Source: a virus (taxonomy: Duplodnaviria > Heunggongvirae > Uroviricota > Caudoviricetes). Taken from it: 64,000 bases of DNA. The stretch covers positions 148,278 to 212,277 of the IMG/VR virus record IMGVR_UViG_3300028887_000002. The stretch is one strand, 5' to 3'. The notes beneath the pieces were generated by a model. The model did no database searches. It was not told the origin of the DNA and was given only the letters and a program-made list of their open reading frames with translations. Of the stretch, positions 31,267-41,235 are shown piece by piece. The translations under genes and the position numbers were made by a program. Numbering within the stretch: the stretch's first letter is position 1; each line of letters starts with the position of its first letter.

Positions 31267-34200
31267 ATGGCACGATACCAGAAGATAACCAGCACCTACA
31301 TTGCAAGGACACACCATCAGAACTTTACCAATGGTACAATTTGGGAACGCAACTGGGTTACCATTGGCGAACGCCATAGACTTGAACCAGGTAAGCGAAG
31401 TGTTTATGGGAACTATAATTTCCTTTTCACTGACAATACCAACAGGACATACCGCAAGCGTCAGAACTGCGGACGATGGGTTGCACACCTTATGTATGGG
31501 GATGTCGCTGATGCTACTCCGCAGGTAAATGAATCAACGGTAAGTTGGGAAAGTGACGATATAAGGTCTTACGCTTACTACGGTTCTGCTTTGGAACTTG
31601 TCGAAAAGAGCGTTGTGAACATAATAAACGAGTTTCCAGGCAACATTACTGTTAGCAATGATTTGCTTATGCTTCCCAACGAGTATGGCGGTTTAACCCC
31701 TACTGATATGTACTGGCTGTCAAATCCGTTTGACATTGACCTTTACCACGAGGATATTGACCATTTCCCGTCAACGGCCAATATAATGAGGTTTATGTCT
31801 TTGTCGTGGCAGAACTACGAACTGATAACACTTGATGATAACGGCGCTATAATTAGACGTGACAACATTGCATCGTACATCATAAACAAAACTGACGAAA
31901 ACTTAGTTGACTATCACGATGAGAATTGGGACTATATATTATACGATGGGACATTCTATAAGTGGAATGAAGAGACTGGTGAATATGAACCGATAGTATT
32001 CAACGACTGCGACAACTACTTTGTTAGATGTGATGAATACATTAGGTATCTTGACAGGTATTACGAATGGGATGTTCAAAGGGGTGAATACATTGAAGTT
32101 AATATTCACGAGGTATGCCCAAGGGATTATGAGAACCTGTACATAATAGACATTGAAACCGACAACACTTCATCTTCTGGAACCCCCAATACATCATCAT
32201 CCTCTGGAACATCTTACGGGGTAACACTTTACGGCTATCGTGTTGGTAGTAATATATTATTTGCTACGAGAGACAGGAACTTCATAATACAGCCCCTTAA
32301 CGATGTAATCGAAGATTACTTTGACGGGTTGACTGCTTTTGAAAAACAACTCTTGACAAGAAAGACTAATCCGTTGTACCGCAACAGCTTTGTAACCCCT
32401 GTAGAAACAGACGAAGGTTTTGTAATGCAGAAGCAGAAGTATATTTGGCCATCAAACGGATACTGTATTGATGTTTCAAGCCCAGCATATTCAATATACT
32501 TGACTAGCCTTATTGAAATGGCTAGGAATATGGATAACTTCAATTCCAACAACATCATTGAACGGATGACCCACGAGAGCATCAAGAACTTTGACTGGTC
32601 GTACCGCAGGGTATATGATGACGGGGATGAAGTTGACAATATTGAAGGTGGCCAAAGAATGGAGGATATTCTTCTGATATACGGAAGGATATACGACGAT
32701 ATAAAGAGATACATTGATGGTATCTATTTCACCTCAAGGATTACATATGATAATTTTAACAACCTCTGTAACGCCGAGATTTCAGACAAGAATGAATTGA
32801 GAGGGTGGGAAATATACTCAACAATTTGGCAACCATACTATTACAGGGAGATTAATTCTGATGAAATCCCTGAAGACGTAAATATAACAACATATAACGA
32901 ACTGCCACGCAACATAAATGGAAACAGTCCAGAATATGTTGAAATAGACTGTACAAACCCGACCTACTACATAAGGACGGTTGAAAGTCCTAACGAACAG
33001 TATCTTGATGACGAGTACCTCTACGGATATTACGGGGAAAATCTTCCGTGGGTTACAAAGGTTGACCCTTGGATTATAACCAATTCGCAAGGATTTGCAT
33101 ATAGACTTATAGGCACAAGCATTGAGTTTGATTCTGCTTGTAATGACGTTAATGTACCTGGCTACTGGGACGAACACAATACCTTTACATATCTCCCGCC
33201 AGTAGTTACCGAGGATAGTCCCGAATATATTAGAGTGTATAACAATACTGTTGGCTTTTGGTACTATCAGAAAATCACATACTTTGACAATACACCATAC
33301 CTTCACGATAGATGGTATGGCGCAACGAACAAAAACTATATAACACCCATAGTAAATGACATTGAGTTCAACAGGAGGCTTTTCCTTTCAACATACAAGA
33401 TTTGGAATACGAAAGGAACGAAACACGGAATTGATATGGTTATGGCCATGTTCGGTTTCGGTCGCGAGGATGACGAAATTATGGGTGACTATACGCTGAC
33501 GGAAGAATACTTTACCTTCGTGCCAAGACGTTACGATGAAGTAATCTATCATTATGTACAGTTGTATGGTGACGACATTACGTGTGTGTATACAGGTCCG
33601 ACAGGTGTCGTGTGGGATGACCACAACACTTTTGAAGCCAAGCCTGTATATCCTACAGCCAATGATGAACAGTATCCAATATACATAAGGGTTGGTAGTG
33701 ATGAATACGGATATTCCTACTACGAAAAGGTACACGAGGAACTTTCACAGATGATAGAAAGACTTACTAGTCATAAACATTCATTCGACCCGTATGAACA
33801 GAATATGTTTATGGGTATTCCAATGTCGGATGCATATATCGGCGAAGACAAGTATATCATACCTTTCTATTCAGACAATAAGGAGTATGACGGGAACATA
33901 TATTTCCAGATGAAAGGTGGCTGGGCAAAACGCAGCACTGACATTAACTACAAGTACGACTACACGGAAACTTGGTCTTACCTCCGTTCAGTTTCAAATA
34001 TCAATGAGTTACTGGGATTAAGTCCGTTTGACCTTGAGAACGGCGACTTGATATATGTTGTATCGTTGATAGACCTGCCAAGTTACAACGATAGTGTACC
34101 TGACAACCTGTCACATTATTTCAAGGTTATTGATTCGACAATGCCCAACGAGTTCAGTTCGTGGCGAATGATACCTTTAAGCGGCGACATAATATACAGC

Positions 34201-36084
34201 AACTATGTACCGCTGGACGAAAATGTAACTCACGAGGACTACCTCCACGCAAAATACCTTGACGACATCATATCGTTGAACATTGGTAACAATCCGCATA
34301 CTGGTTATGGAAACTACGATATGGGACGCGAATATATCGACTATATGCAACTGCCGTACAAATATGCGATTGAGAACAATATGTTCGATACCTTCAGTGA
34401 TGCTGATGATGCCAGATATGTAAGTTTCCCGCACGAAGAGGTTGCAAGCAATGACAAGGTAAAGATTATAATACCCAACGGTAGCCTTATCCAATATACC
34501 AACTCGAAGGTATTGTATATGCATAACAACTTGGATAATGCGTATTTCAAGCAATTCTTCAATGATGTGATATTGAATTACCTCCTGCAAGTAATACCGT
34601 CAACCACGATATTGATACTGGACGGGTTTATGGATACTGATGAGAAGGAAGGTAGATTCTGTCACATTGAGGTTGAACACGAACCAGATGATTGGGGTAT
34701 GGCTTATCAGTCTGGTGATTACGCTCTGTGCAGTACCATAACAATCACAGCAATTCCGTTTGAAGGATACGCTTTCAGTCATTGGACTAATAGCAACGAT
34801 GAAACAATCAGCAACCTGCCGACTTACAGGGTAAGGGTTACTGGCGACGAAACCTACACTGCACACTTTATAAAGGCCTGCAAGGTTGATACGGGATTTG
34901 TTGGCGGACGTTGTGACGATGGTGAGATTGAACTTGTGAGAGATGATAGTTTGTACGCAGTCATACCACCTGTTGAATACACAATCACTTATACATCAAC
35001 GCAAGCGTTACCTGAAAGTAACTGGATAACTAACAATACAAACACGAGTAAAAACACATATAATACTAGAACTCATAAAGGTGTTCTTTACTTGAATGAT
35101 AATGTGACTACTATTGGTGGTGGTAGTAATATTGATTCCAGCCCTTTTTATCTTAACGAAAACATAACATCAGTAGATTTAAGTGAGAGTGGATTAACTA
35201 TTATTGATGGTTATGCATTTAGAGGCTGTAGTAATTTGTTAAATGTTATATTTTCAACAACACTTACCAAAATAAATTATTATGCTTTTTATGGGTGTAG
35301 TGGCATAACTGAATTAAACATTCCAGAAGGTGTAACAGAGATAAGTTATTCGGTATTTCGGAATTGCTCAAGTTTAAGGAGAGTCACGTTACCAAGTAGT
35401 ATTACTAGTATAAGCGTTAATACATTTGTTGACTGCAATGCATTGGAAAGTGTATATTTTCTAGGTAATATTGAACAGTGGTGTAGAATTACCTTCGGAC
35501 ATAGTGGTGGTAATCCACTTCAATTTGCGCATAACCTATACATTGACAACGAACTTGTTACTGATTTGGCTATACCCGAAAGCATAACAGAGATAAAAAC
35601 ACAAACTTTTTATAATGCAACTTGTTTGACTTCAGTTGCAATACCTAATACTGTTACAGATATTGGTGAAAATGCTTTTTTGGATTGTAGTGGTATAACA
35701 GGTACTTTAATAATACCTGATTCGGTCACGAACATTGCAAACGGGGCATTTTGTTATTGTACTGGTATTGAAGAAGTTATAATAGGAAATTCAGTTGTAA
35801 ATATTGGCAGTAATGCATTTACTGGGAATGTCTATACTGGAAGTAATTTATCACTATTAACTATAGGAAGTAATGTTCAAACAATTGGCGAACAAGCCTT
35901 TGGTTCTTGTAATAATTTATTAAACGTAACTTGTTTAGCAGCAACTCCACCGACCTTAGAGGCTGGTAACTTTGAAGTTGAGGGTGATAAACTTTATGTT
36001 CCGTCAGCATCAGTAAATACATACAAGAACCGAACATCGTGGAGAAATGCATTTGGAACTAACAACATATTGCCGATTCAATAA
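31267..36084 (+). CDS. Baseplate wedge protein (gp7/P2 gpI-like motif) fused to an InlB-B-repeat-like domain and BspA-type leucine-rich repeats
   Basis: FNRRLFLSTYKIWNTKGTKHGIDMVMAMFG (~33370-33460); ITAIPFEGYAFSHW...TYTAHF (~34670-34875); repeated I...AF.GCS.L..V.IP..VT.I (~35160-36050). Confidence 0.72.
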   Translation: MARYQKITSTYIARTHHQNFTNGTIWERNWVTIGERHRLEPGKRSVYGNYNFLFTDNTNRTYRKRQNCGRWVAHLMYGDVADATPQVNESTVSWESDDIRSYAYYGSALELVEKSVVNIINEFPGNITVSNDLLMLPNEYGGLTPTDMYWLSNPFDIDLYHEDIDHFPSTANIMRFMSLSWQNYELITLDDNGAIIRRDNIASYIINKTDENLVDYHDENWDYILYDGTFYKWNEETGEYEPIVFNDCDNYFVRCDEYIRYLDRYYEWDVQRGEYIEVNIHEVCPRDYENLYIIDIETDNTSSSGTPNTSSSSGTSYGVTLYGYRVGSNILFATRDRNFIIQPLNDVIEDYFDGLTAFEKQLLTRKTNPLYRNSFVTPVETDEGFVMQKQKYIWPSNGYCIDVSSPAYSIYLTSLIEMARNMDNFNSNNIIERMTHESIKNFDWSYRRVYDDGDEVDNIEGGQRMEDILLIYGRIYDDIKRYIDGIYFTSRITYDNFNNLCNAEISDKNELRGWEIYSTIWQPYYYREINSDEIPEDVNITTYNELPRNINGNSPEYVEIDCTNPTYYIRTVESPNEQYLDDEYLYGYYGENLPWVTKVDPWIITNSQGFAYRLIGTSIEFDSACNDVNVPGYWDEHNTFTYLPPVVTEDSPEYIRVYNNTVGFWYYQKITYFDNTPYLHDRWYGATNKNYITPIVNDIEFNRRLFLSTYKIWNTKGTKHGIDMVMAMFGFGREDDEIMGDYTLTEEYFTFVPRRYDEVIYHYVQLYGDDITCVYTGPTGVVWDDHNTFEAKPVYPTANDEQYPIYIRVGSDEYGYSYYEKVHEELSQMIERLTSHKHSFDPYEQNMFMGIPMSDAYIGEDKYIIPFYSDNKEYDGNIYFQMKGGWAKRSTDINYKYDYTETWSYLRSVSNINELLGLSPFDLENGDLIYVVSLIDLPSYNDSVPDNLSHYFKVIDSTMPNEFSSWRMIPLSGDIIYSNYVPLDENVTHEDYLHAKYLDDIISLNIGNNPHTGYGNYDMGREYIDYMQLPYKYAIENNMFDTFSDADDARYVSFPHEEVASNDKVKIIIPNGSLIQYTNSKVLYMHNNLDNAYFKQFFNDVILNYLLQVIPSTTILILDGFMDTDEKEGRFCHIEVEHEPDDWGMAYQSGDYALCSTITITAIPFEGYAFSHWTNSNDETISNLPTYRVRVTGDETYTAHFIKACKVDTGFVGGRCDDGEIELVRDDSLYAVIPPVEYTITYTSTQALPESNWITNNTNTSKNTYNTRTHKGVLYLNDNVTTIGGGSNIDSSPFYLNENITSVDLSESGLTIIDGYAFRGCSNLLNVIFSTTLTKINYYAFYGCSGITELNIPEGVTEISYSVFRNCSSLRRVTLPSSITSISVNTFVDCNALESVYFLGNIEQWCRITFGHSGGNPLQFAHNLYIDNELVTDLAIPESITEIKTQTFYNATCLTSVAIPNTVTDIGENAFLDCSGITGTLIIPDSVTNIANGAFCYCTGIEEVIIGNSVVNIGSNAFTGNVYTGSNLSLLTIGSNVQTIGEQAFGSCNNLLNVTCLAATPPTLEAGNFEVEGDKLYVPSASVNTYKNRTSWRNAFGTNNILPIQ

Positions 36085-36099
36085 TAACCAAAACCCGAC

Positions 36100-36106
36100 T
36101 ATTTAT
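36100..36106 (+). promoter_or_regulatory. Putative late promoter element TATTTAT
   Basis: GACTATTTATAAT, 8 nt before ATG 36115. Confidence 0.55.
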
Positions 36107-36114
36107 AATATAAT

Positions 36115-37911
36115 ATGATAGATTGCAGTACCAACATAATAGACTTAATAAACAACCACCCCGAACAGGTGCGTACTGCCTTGGGGATTGGTGATAATGA
36201 CAATTTCATAATACTTCAACCAATAAGTGGTGAGTATGCTGGACAGGACTGTATCTTTACTGACAATAGGGTCGATGACTATACTGGCGACATAACTGCA
36301 TATATAATCATTGGTCTTGGATATGAACCAAGTACGCCAGCACTTATTGACGGGGGCGGACAAATACTATCAAACGCACTGTTACCACTCAATGAGGATA
36401 ACAAAGATAACATTTATTATGCTATAATAAAAGGCTATTCCTGCGACATAAACAGTGGCTTTTTTGTTCAGACACAGAGGAAACGCTTTTGGGTTAACGG
36501 CTATGTTTGCGAGGAAGGTAGTGACCTTGGCAGAGTTGACGGCGGAAGGTTTGTTGAATATGGCGGTAATGTCACCTTGTGGGCGTACCCAAACGAAAGC
36601 GACTATACAGTAACTTGGACTGACACTTCCGACCCAGAAACCCCAGTAACTATAGACAGTAATGCATTGACACATACGATAAACAATATAACAAGGGACT
36701 ATTCAATTGAAACTTGTTTCGTTGTACCACCAGCAAAGCATACGTTCAGGGTATTTACCAATGACGGTAAAATCAGCAACTTGGATTTGGACAGAATGGT
36801 TGAGGGTTACAAACTGGGGGATGTGAGGGTTGACTTTATTCTTGAAGGTACTACATATACAATTGATACTAATAATTGTGATTATGGGCAGATTAAGACA
36901 TTTGACTTTAATACGGCACAGGAAAGTTGGATTAACTTCAGTTCAAATAGTGAACACAATCTTGACAGAGGCGTAATCCTTTACAACGTACCCGACAATA
37001 TTAGTTTGACAGTAACAAAAACCGCTTATAGCGATGTATGTTGTTATACCAACGACTGTTCGGACACTATGGCCTATACGTCATTCAAGGGATTTTATAG
37101 TTATGAAAGTGAGAATGATTACAATGACTTGAATAGTTGCGAAATGCAATATCCGACATATGCTTATGAGTTATATAGTGACGATAATACAGCCCCAGAC
37201 ATACACGACAGTTTGATACACTTCCTATCAAGTCTTCCCGAAACTGTAGGCTGTTGCGACTATTATTTTATAAAGGTTCCAACTGGTACGCCTAATGTCT
37301 ACAACTATTATCAGCGCGATACAGTAAGTGATACCATTTACCTTAAAACCATTGAGTGTTACGGGGAGTTGGACAATAGTGAAACGGTAGTAATACCTTC
37401 GTTAACCAGTGATATGTCGTATTTCTCAATCTTTGAACCGAACACAAATGCGATTAAACTGGTGAATGAAGTGTCGGAAAAGGTGACGATATCAATTCAG
37501 GACTATTGCGATTGCACGAATACAACCTATATACCGATACCATGCAACGAGGCTATCAACCCTATGTCATATGACAGCATACCGACAGTAAGTGATTATG
37601 AATATATTAGGGTAGGTAATGTTTGTTACCGAAGAAGTGACTATAGGGAAACTGGGGTATATAAATTAAACGGTTTTACTGATGTTACTATCAATGAAAT
37701 TGTAGGTAGCAAGGTTGGTATTCTCTGTACGGGTGATAACGACGGGTTTACTGGAGTTTACTACTGGGACGTTTTATTTAACCAGAGTAGCATACAGCAA
37801 TCCTTTGTATGTGAGGATAATTGCGAGGCAGTGACTTATGACAAATGCCCCAATTTTTATTTTGCAATGTGCCAAAGCGGTCTAACTATAACAATAAATA
37901 AAAGTGTTTAA
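36115..37911 (+). CDS. Cys-rich virion protein with a divergent InlB-B-repeat/Ig-like domain
   Basis: GRVDGGRFVEYGGNVTLWAYPN...VTW...I.NIT.DY.I..CF; 22 Cys counted in 598 aa. Confidence 0.55.
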   Translation: MIDCSTNIIDLINNHPEQVRTALGIGDNDNFIILQPISGEYAGQDCIFTDNRVDDYTGDITAYIIIGLGYEPSTPALIDGGGQILSNALLPLNEDNKDNIYYAIIKGYSCDINSGFFVQTQRKRFWVNGYVCEEGSDLGRVDGGRFVEYGGNVTLWAYPNESDYTVTWTDTSDPETPVTIDSNALTHTINNITRDYSIETCFVVPPAKHTFRVFTNDGKISNLDLDRMVEGYKLGDVRVDFILEGTTYTIDTNNCDYGQIKTFDFNTAQESWINFSSNSEHNLDRGVILYNVPDNISLTVTKTAYSDVCCYTNDCSDTMAYTSFKGFYSYESENDYNDLNSCEMQYPTYAYELYSDDNTAPDIHDSLIHFLSSLPETVGCCDYYFIKVPTGTPNVYNYYQRDTVSDTIYLKTIECYGELDNSETVVIPSLTSDMSYFSIFEPNTNAIKLVNEVSEKVTISIQDYCDCTNTTYIPIPCNEAINPMSYDSIPTVSDYEYIRVGNVCYRRSDYRETGVYKLNGFTDVTINEIVGSKVGILCTGDNDGFTGVYYWDVLFNQSSIQQSFVCEDNCEAVTYDKCPNFYFAMCQSGLTITINKSV

Positions 37912-37914
37912 CAA

Positions 37915-38235
37915 GTGAATATTAGTAATGACATACTTGTTTATAAGGCTTTCCCCGATGATGACAACCCCCTTGGATATCTCCCCATTGACGGCTCATT
38001 AATTAGGACTGGCGATGTAATTTATCTGGAAGTGTTACCTCCCACTGGCTATGGTGTCGCGCAAATAAAGGCCAACGGAACGCCGATTACTCCATTCCCC
38101 GATGTAGTTGAAGGTAGGTACAGGATAATCGTTAACGACTGTACCGACACATATACGGTTGTATTCGGGCGAATACAACATCTTGAAATAAGTGTAACAC
38201 AGAGTGATGTAGCCACGTATGAAGCGATTTTTTGA
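37915..38235 (+). CDS. Small Ig-like (bacterial repeat) domain protein
   Basis: GDVIYLEVLPPTGYGVAQIKANG...Y...V......V.F; GTG start. Confidence 0.5.
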   Translation: MNISNDILVYKAFPDDDNPLGYLPIDGSLIRTGDVIYLEVLPPTGYGVAQIKANGTPITPFPDVVEGRYRIIVNDCTDTYTVVFGRIQHLEISVTQSDVATYEAIF

Positions 38236-38259
38236 ATAATAGAATAGAACAATAAACGA

Positions 38260-38862
38260 ATGAGTACAATTGTAACAACACGGACATATCAGCAGGGTGA
38301 CAACTTTACATTCACTATTGCCGCCAAGAATGGCTATGGGATTAAGGTAAGCGAAATACCGTCTATGGCACAATACCTCAACGATGAATCCATTGATTCA
38401 CTCGGAGATATGTTTCCAGGACTTCATAACTACGGACTTTACCCAGCCGTCACCATTTCAGGACAACTTAACAACATATCGGTAAACTACAATGTCACAT
38501 TGGAGAATGATTCGTGCCGACAATTGCAGTATATGGTTAAGTTCAACGGAGGTACAGACCCTACGACAGGCAATCCAGTTATAATTAGCAATCCACCAGA
38601 AGAAATAAATCCATATTATTGGTCGCCGAACCCGTTGACGTTGATTACCCCAACAATTGATGGGGAGTCTTTGGTAGACCCCGATTCTGTACAATTTGTT
38701 ACGTGGCATTGCTTAACTGATGGGAACGACTATGTCGCAGGCTCACGAGTTTATGTTAACAACGACTTGAACTTTATGGCAGTATGGCAGCCAGCCCCAG
38801 TATCCGTGGGTGTTGAAAGTGATACTGAAAGCAGTACTGTACCTGAATTTGAAAACGAATAG
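38260..38862 (+). CDS. InlB B-repeat-containing virion protein
   Basis: YQQGDNFTFTIAAKNGY and YMVKFNGG...FVTW......Y.AGS.V.V..D..F.AVW. Confidence 0.6.
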   Translation: MSTIVTTRTYQQGDNFTFTIAAKNGYGIKVSEIPSMAQYLNDESIDSLGDMFPGLHNYGLYPAVTISGQLNNISVNYNVTLENDSCRQLQYMVKFNGGTDPTTGNPVIISNPPEEINPYYWSPNPLTLITPTIDGESLVDPDSVQFVTWHCLTDGNDYVAGSRVYVNNDLNFMAVWQPAPVSVGVESDTESSTVPEFENE

Positions 38863-38865
38863 CAT

Positions 38866-39888
38866 ATGTTGAGTTACACCATAGACAACCTTGCGGATAG
38901 TCCCTGCTACTTCTCCTACGTGGAGACCTCAACCCCCTATGACGACATATGGGTGTACGGGGTCAATGCTTTTCATTCTGAAGCAGATTTCAGGTCACAC
39001 TATACCCAAGGCACAATAACCGAACAGTCCCCCGACCACGTAAGGGTTGATGAAGGTAGCGGCTACATCTATTTCATAAAGACACTTGCATTCCCAAATG
39101 ATTCAGTACAGGTTGTAATGACTGTCGCCGTGGAGGGTGATACCAACAACAACTCGTTTGAAATATCCTGCGACTGCGAGTGGGTGGAACTGATACGCAA
39201 CAGGAACGTCATAAGGGTACTTACCGTTTCTAACTTCAACACCTACGACCGTAACGGCACGATAACCATAAGGAACAACCTCAACGCAAGGGATAGGATT
39301 ATGATACCCTTGGTGCAGGACGCAATGGAGTATATAATAAGGATTGGGCGAGTAGACTATACTAACAGCAACGGAACCCAATTGACGCTCAATCGGGACG
39401 AAGACCGTACCATTGCACTTCCTGTTACCCTTGACGCCCTCACCGACAAGACCGATACCGCCAACGAGACTATTACTGCAATAATATGGTCTAACGCCGC
39501 CGAGGGGAAGTTCAACATAAAGACCGTCCGCAAGTACGAACCTATCGGCACAATGGATGACCCAACACTGGATATAAGCGAGGAAGACGGACAGTACTAT
39601 GCCTTTATGCAACGGGTTAACGGTGAGGGACAGACAATTACATACAGACGGAAGGTCACAGTCATAAACAACATCGTATATGTCATAAAGAAATACGACA
39701 ACGGGCTGAAGGCATATACGACCTACAGAACCGAAGAAAACAACACCACTATAAGGGAACTGGTGCTTGTCAACTACGGACGGGTGTTTATGGTTAATGG
39801 GTGCTTCTACGATTTTGTCCTGTGTAATGCCGATGAACGGAACGTTGTCGCAACCCTGACGGTAAAATTCAGTGACAATCCGCAATAA
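38866..39888 (+). CDS. BACON-like domain virion protein
   Basis: FEISCDCEWVEL...VIRV.TV.NF....RNGTITI (~39150-39300) follows the BACON pattern W..V......V..N....R.G.I.I. Confidence 0.55.
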   Translation: MLSYTIDNLADSPCYFSYVETSTPYDDIWVYGVNAFHSEADFRSHYTQGTITEQSPDHVRVDEGSGYIYFIKTLAFPNDSVQVVMTVAVEGDTNNNSFEISCDCEWVELIRNRNVIRVLTVSNFNTYDRNGTITIRNNLNARDRIMIPLVQDAMEYIIRIGRVDYTNSNGTQLTLNRDEDRTIALPVTLDALTDKTDTANETITAIIWSNAAEGKFNIKTVRKYEPIGTMDDPTLDISEEDGQYYAFMQRVNGEGQTITYRRKVTVINNIVYVIKKYDNGLKAYTTYRTEENNTTIRELVLVNYGRVFMVNGCFYDFVLCNADERNVVATLTVKFSDNPQ

Positions 39889-39915
39889 CGCATGGGAAAA
39901 TTCTGTGAGAAAACC

Positions 39916-39922
39916 TATTTAT
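39916..39922 (+). promoter_or_regulatory. Putative late promoter element TATTTAT
   Basis: ACCTATTTATTAT, 25 nt before ATG 39948. Confidence 0.6.
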
Positions 39923-39947
39923 TATTAAAATTAATTGAAAATACATT

Positions 39948-41165
39948 ATGCCAACAGATACGATTACCCCGACCCTTGTGATAAACAAGTTGACCAAGTC
40001 GCAGTACGAAGGGATAGTAAACCCTTCCGATACCGAACTGTACCTCGTTCCTGATGACGATTTGAGGGAACATAGGAGTTACTACACCACTGGCACTGCA
40101 ACTGTTGACGGCGAGACTGTTGACGTTGACATAATGTACGAGGGGGTCGCCCCAGAGGGTAGCGTTGAGACTGATGCAGTATGGACAATTACAACTATTG
40201 TGGCGACAAAAGACGGCAATGTCCTTTCAAACGATGTTGATACCGACCAGACCTGGGATTTTCCAACTCCAACACCAGTCGTACCAGTAATAGGTACAAC
40301 ACCACCAATACTCTACCCAACTACTGCAAGTGATATTAAGACTACTTCAATGGTTGTGAAATCATCTGTTGATGGTAATGGCAAGATACTTACCGAGAAT
40401 GGCTTCGTATATAATACAAGTGGCAACCCAACTGTTAGTGATACAAAGGTAGTGTGTGATTTGGGTGTTGGTTGGATGGAAAAGAAGTTAGAAAATCTAA
40501 CTATGAATACTCAATACTATATTAGAAGTTATGGTGAAAATGCAAGTGGATTATCATATGGTAGTGAATCTTTATATAGAACAACGATAATACCTGATAT
40601 TTATCAATTAGTTGAATATTTAAAAACTACTGGAACTCAATACATTGATACTGATTATATAATAAAATCGAGTGACCGTGTATGTATTAAATCTTACAAT
40701 TATTTTATTTTTGGTGCAAGAGTTGGTACTGCGAATAGTGCTTTTAATTGTTTGTATTCGGGTAGTAATAGATTCAGATTAGATTACGGAACAATACAAT
40801 GGGATTCTGGACTTAGTTATCAATCAGGTTCTTTATGTGAAATGGACTGGAACGCAAATGTTGTTAATTTAACCTATGGCAATAATAATATAAGTCACAC
40901 ATTTACAACACAAAGTTTTACTTCATATAGTTGTTATATATTTGGTTTTAACGGTGCAGGAAATGTGAGTACTATTAGAGATGGTATGCAAGTTGTTAAT
41001 TTTAAAATATATGATAATACTAATACATTAGTTAGAAATATGTACCCAGTCTACCGCATATCTGACAACAAGCCAGGAATGTATGATATAGTGAATGGAG
41101 TATTCTACACTAATCAGGGTACAGGTGAGTTTATTGTAGGACCAGATAAGGAATGGGATGAATAA
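39948..41165 (+). CDS. Modular tail-fibre / receptor-binding-like protein (FN3 plus ConA-like C-terminal domain)
   Basis: N-terminal LTKSQYEGI...DTELYLV fibre motif; FN3-like ENGFVY.T...PT...L.NLT.NTQYYIRSY..N..G.SYG; C-terminal VEYLKTTGTQYIDTD...VRNMYPV.......GMYD.VNG.FY.N.G.GEF..G. Confidence 0.65.
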   Translation: MPTDTITPTLVINKLTKSQYEGIVNPSDTELYLVPDDDLREHRSYYTTGTATVDGETVDVDIMYEGVAPEGSVETDAVWTITTIVATKDGNVLSNDVDTDQTWDFPTPTPVVPVIGTTPPILYPTTASDIKTTSMVVKSSVDGNGKILTENGFVYNTSGNPTVSDTKVVCDLGVGWMEKKLENLTMNTQYYIRSYGENASGLSYGSESLYRTTIIPDIYQLVEYLKTTGTQYIDTDYIIKSSDRVCIKSYNYFIFGARVGTANSAFNCLYSGSNRFRLDYGTIQWDSGLSYQSGSLCEMDWNANVVNLTYGNNNISHTFTTQSFTSYSCYIFGFNGAGNVSTIRDGMQVVNFKIYDNTNTLVRNMYPVYRISDNKPGMYDIVNGVFYTNQGTGEFIVGPDKEWDE

Positions 41166-41219
41166 TAGTTATTTCTGAATTTTTTCTTAAAAACATTTTT
41201 CCGTTTGAAATATATTTCC

Positions 41220-41227
41220 TATCTTTG
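41220..41227 (+). promoter_or_regulatory. Bacteroidota-type -7 element TATCTTTG
   Basis: Exact -7 consensus followed by CG, 8 nt before the primase ATG. The -33 element is not at canonical spacing. Confidence 0.55.
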
Positions 41228-41235
41228 CGTCCGAA

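Noticed and set aside
32164-32214. Short NTSSSG(T) duplication in the wedge protein
   Set aside because: A simple two-copy Ser-rich linker duplication with no wider pattern.
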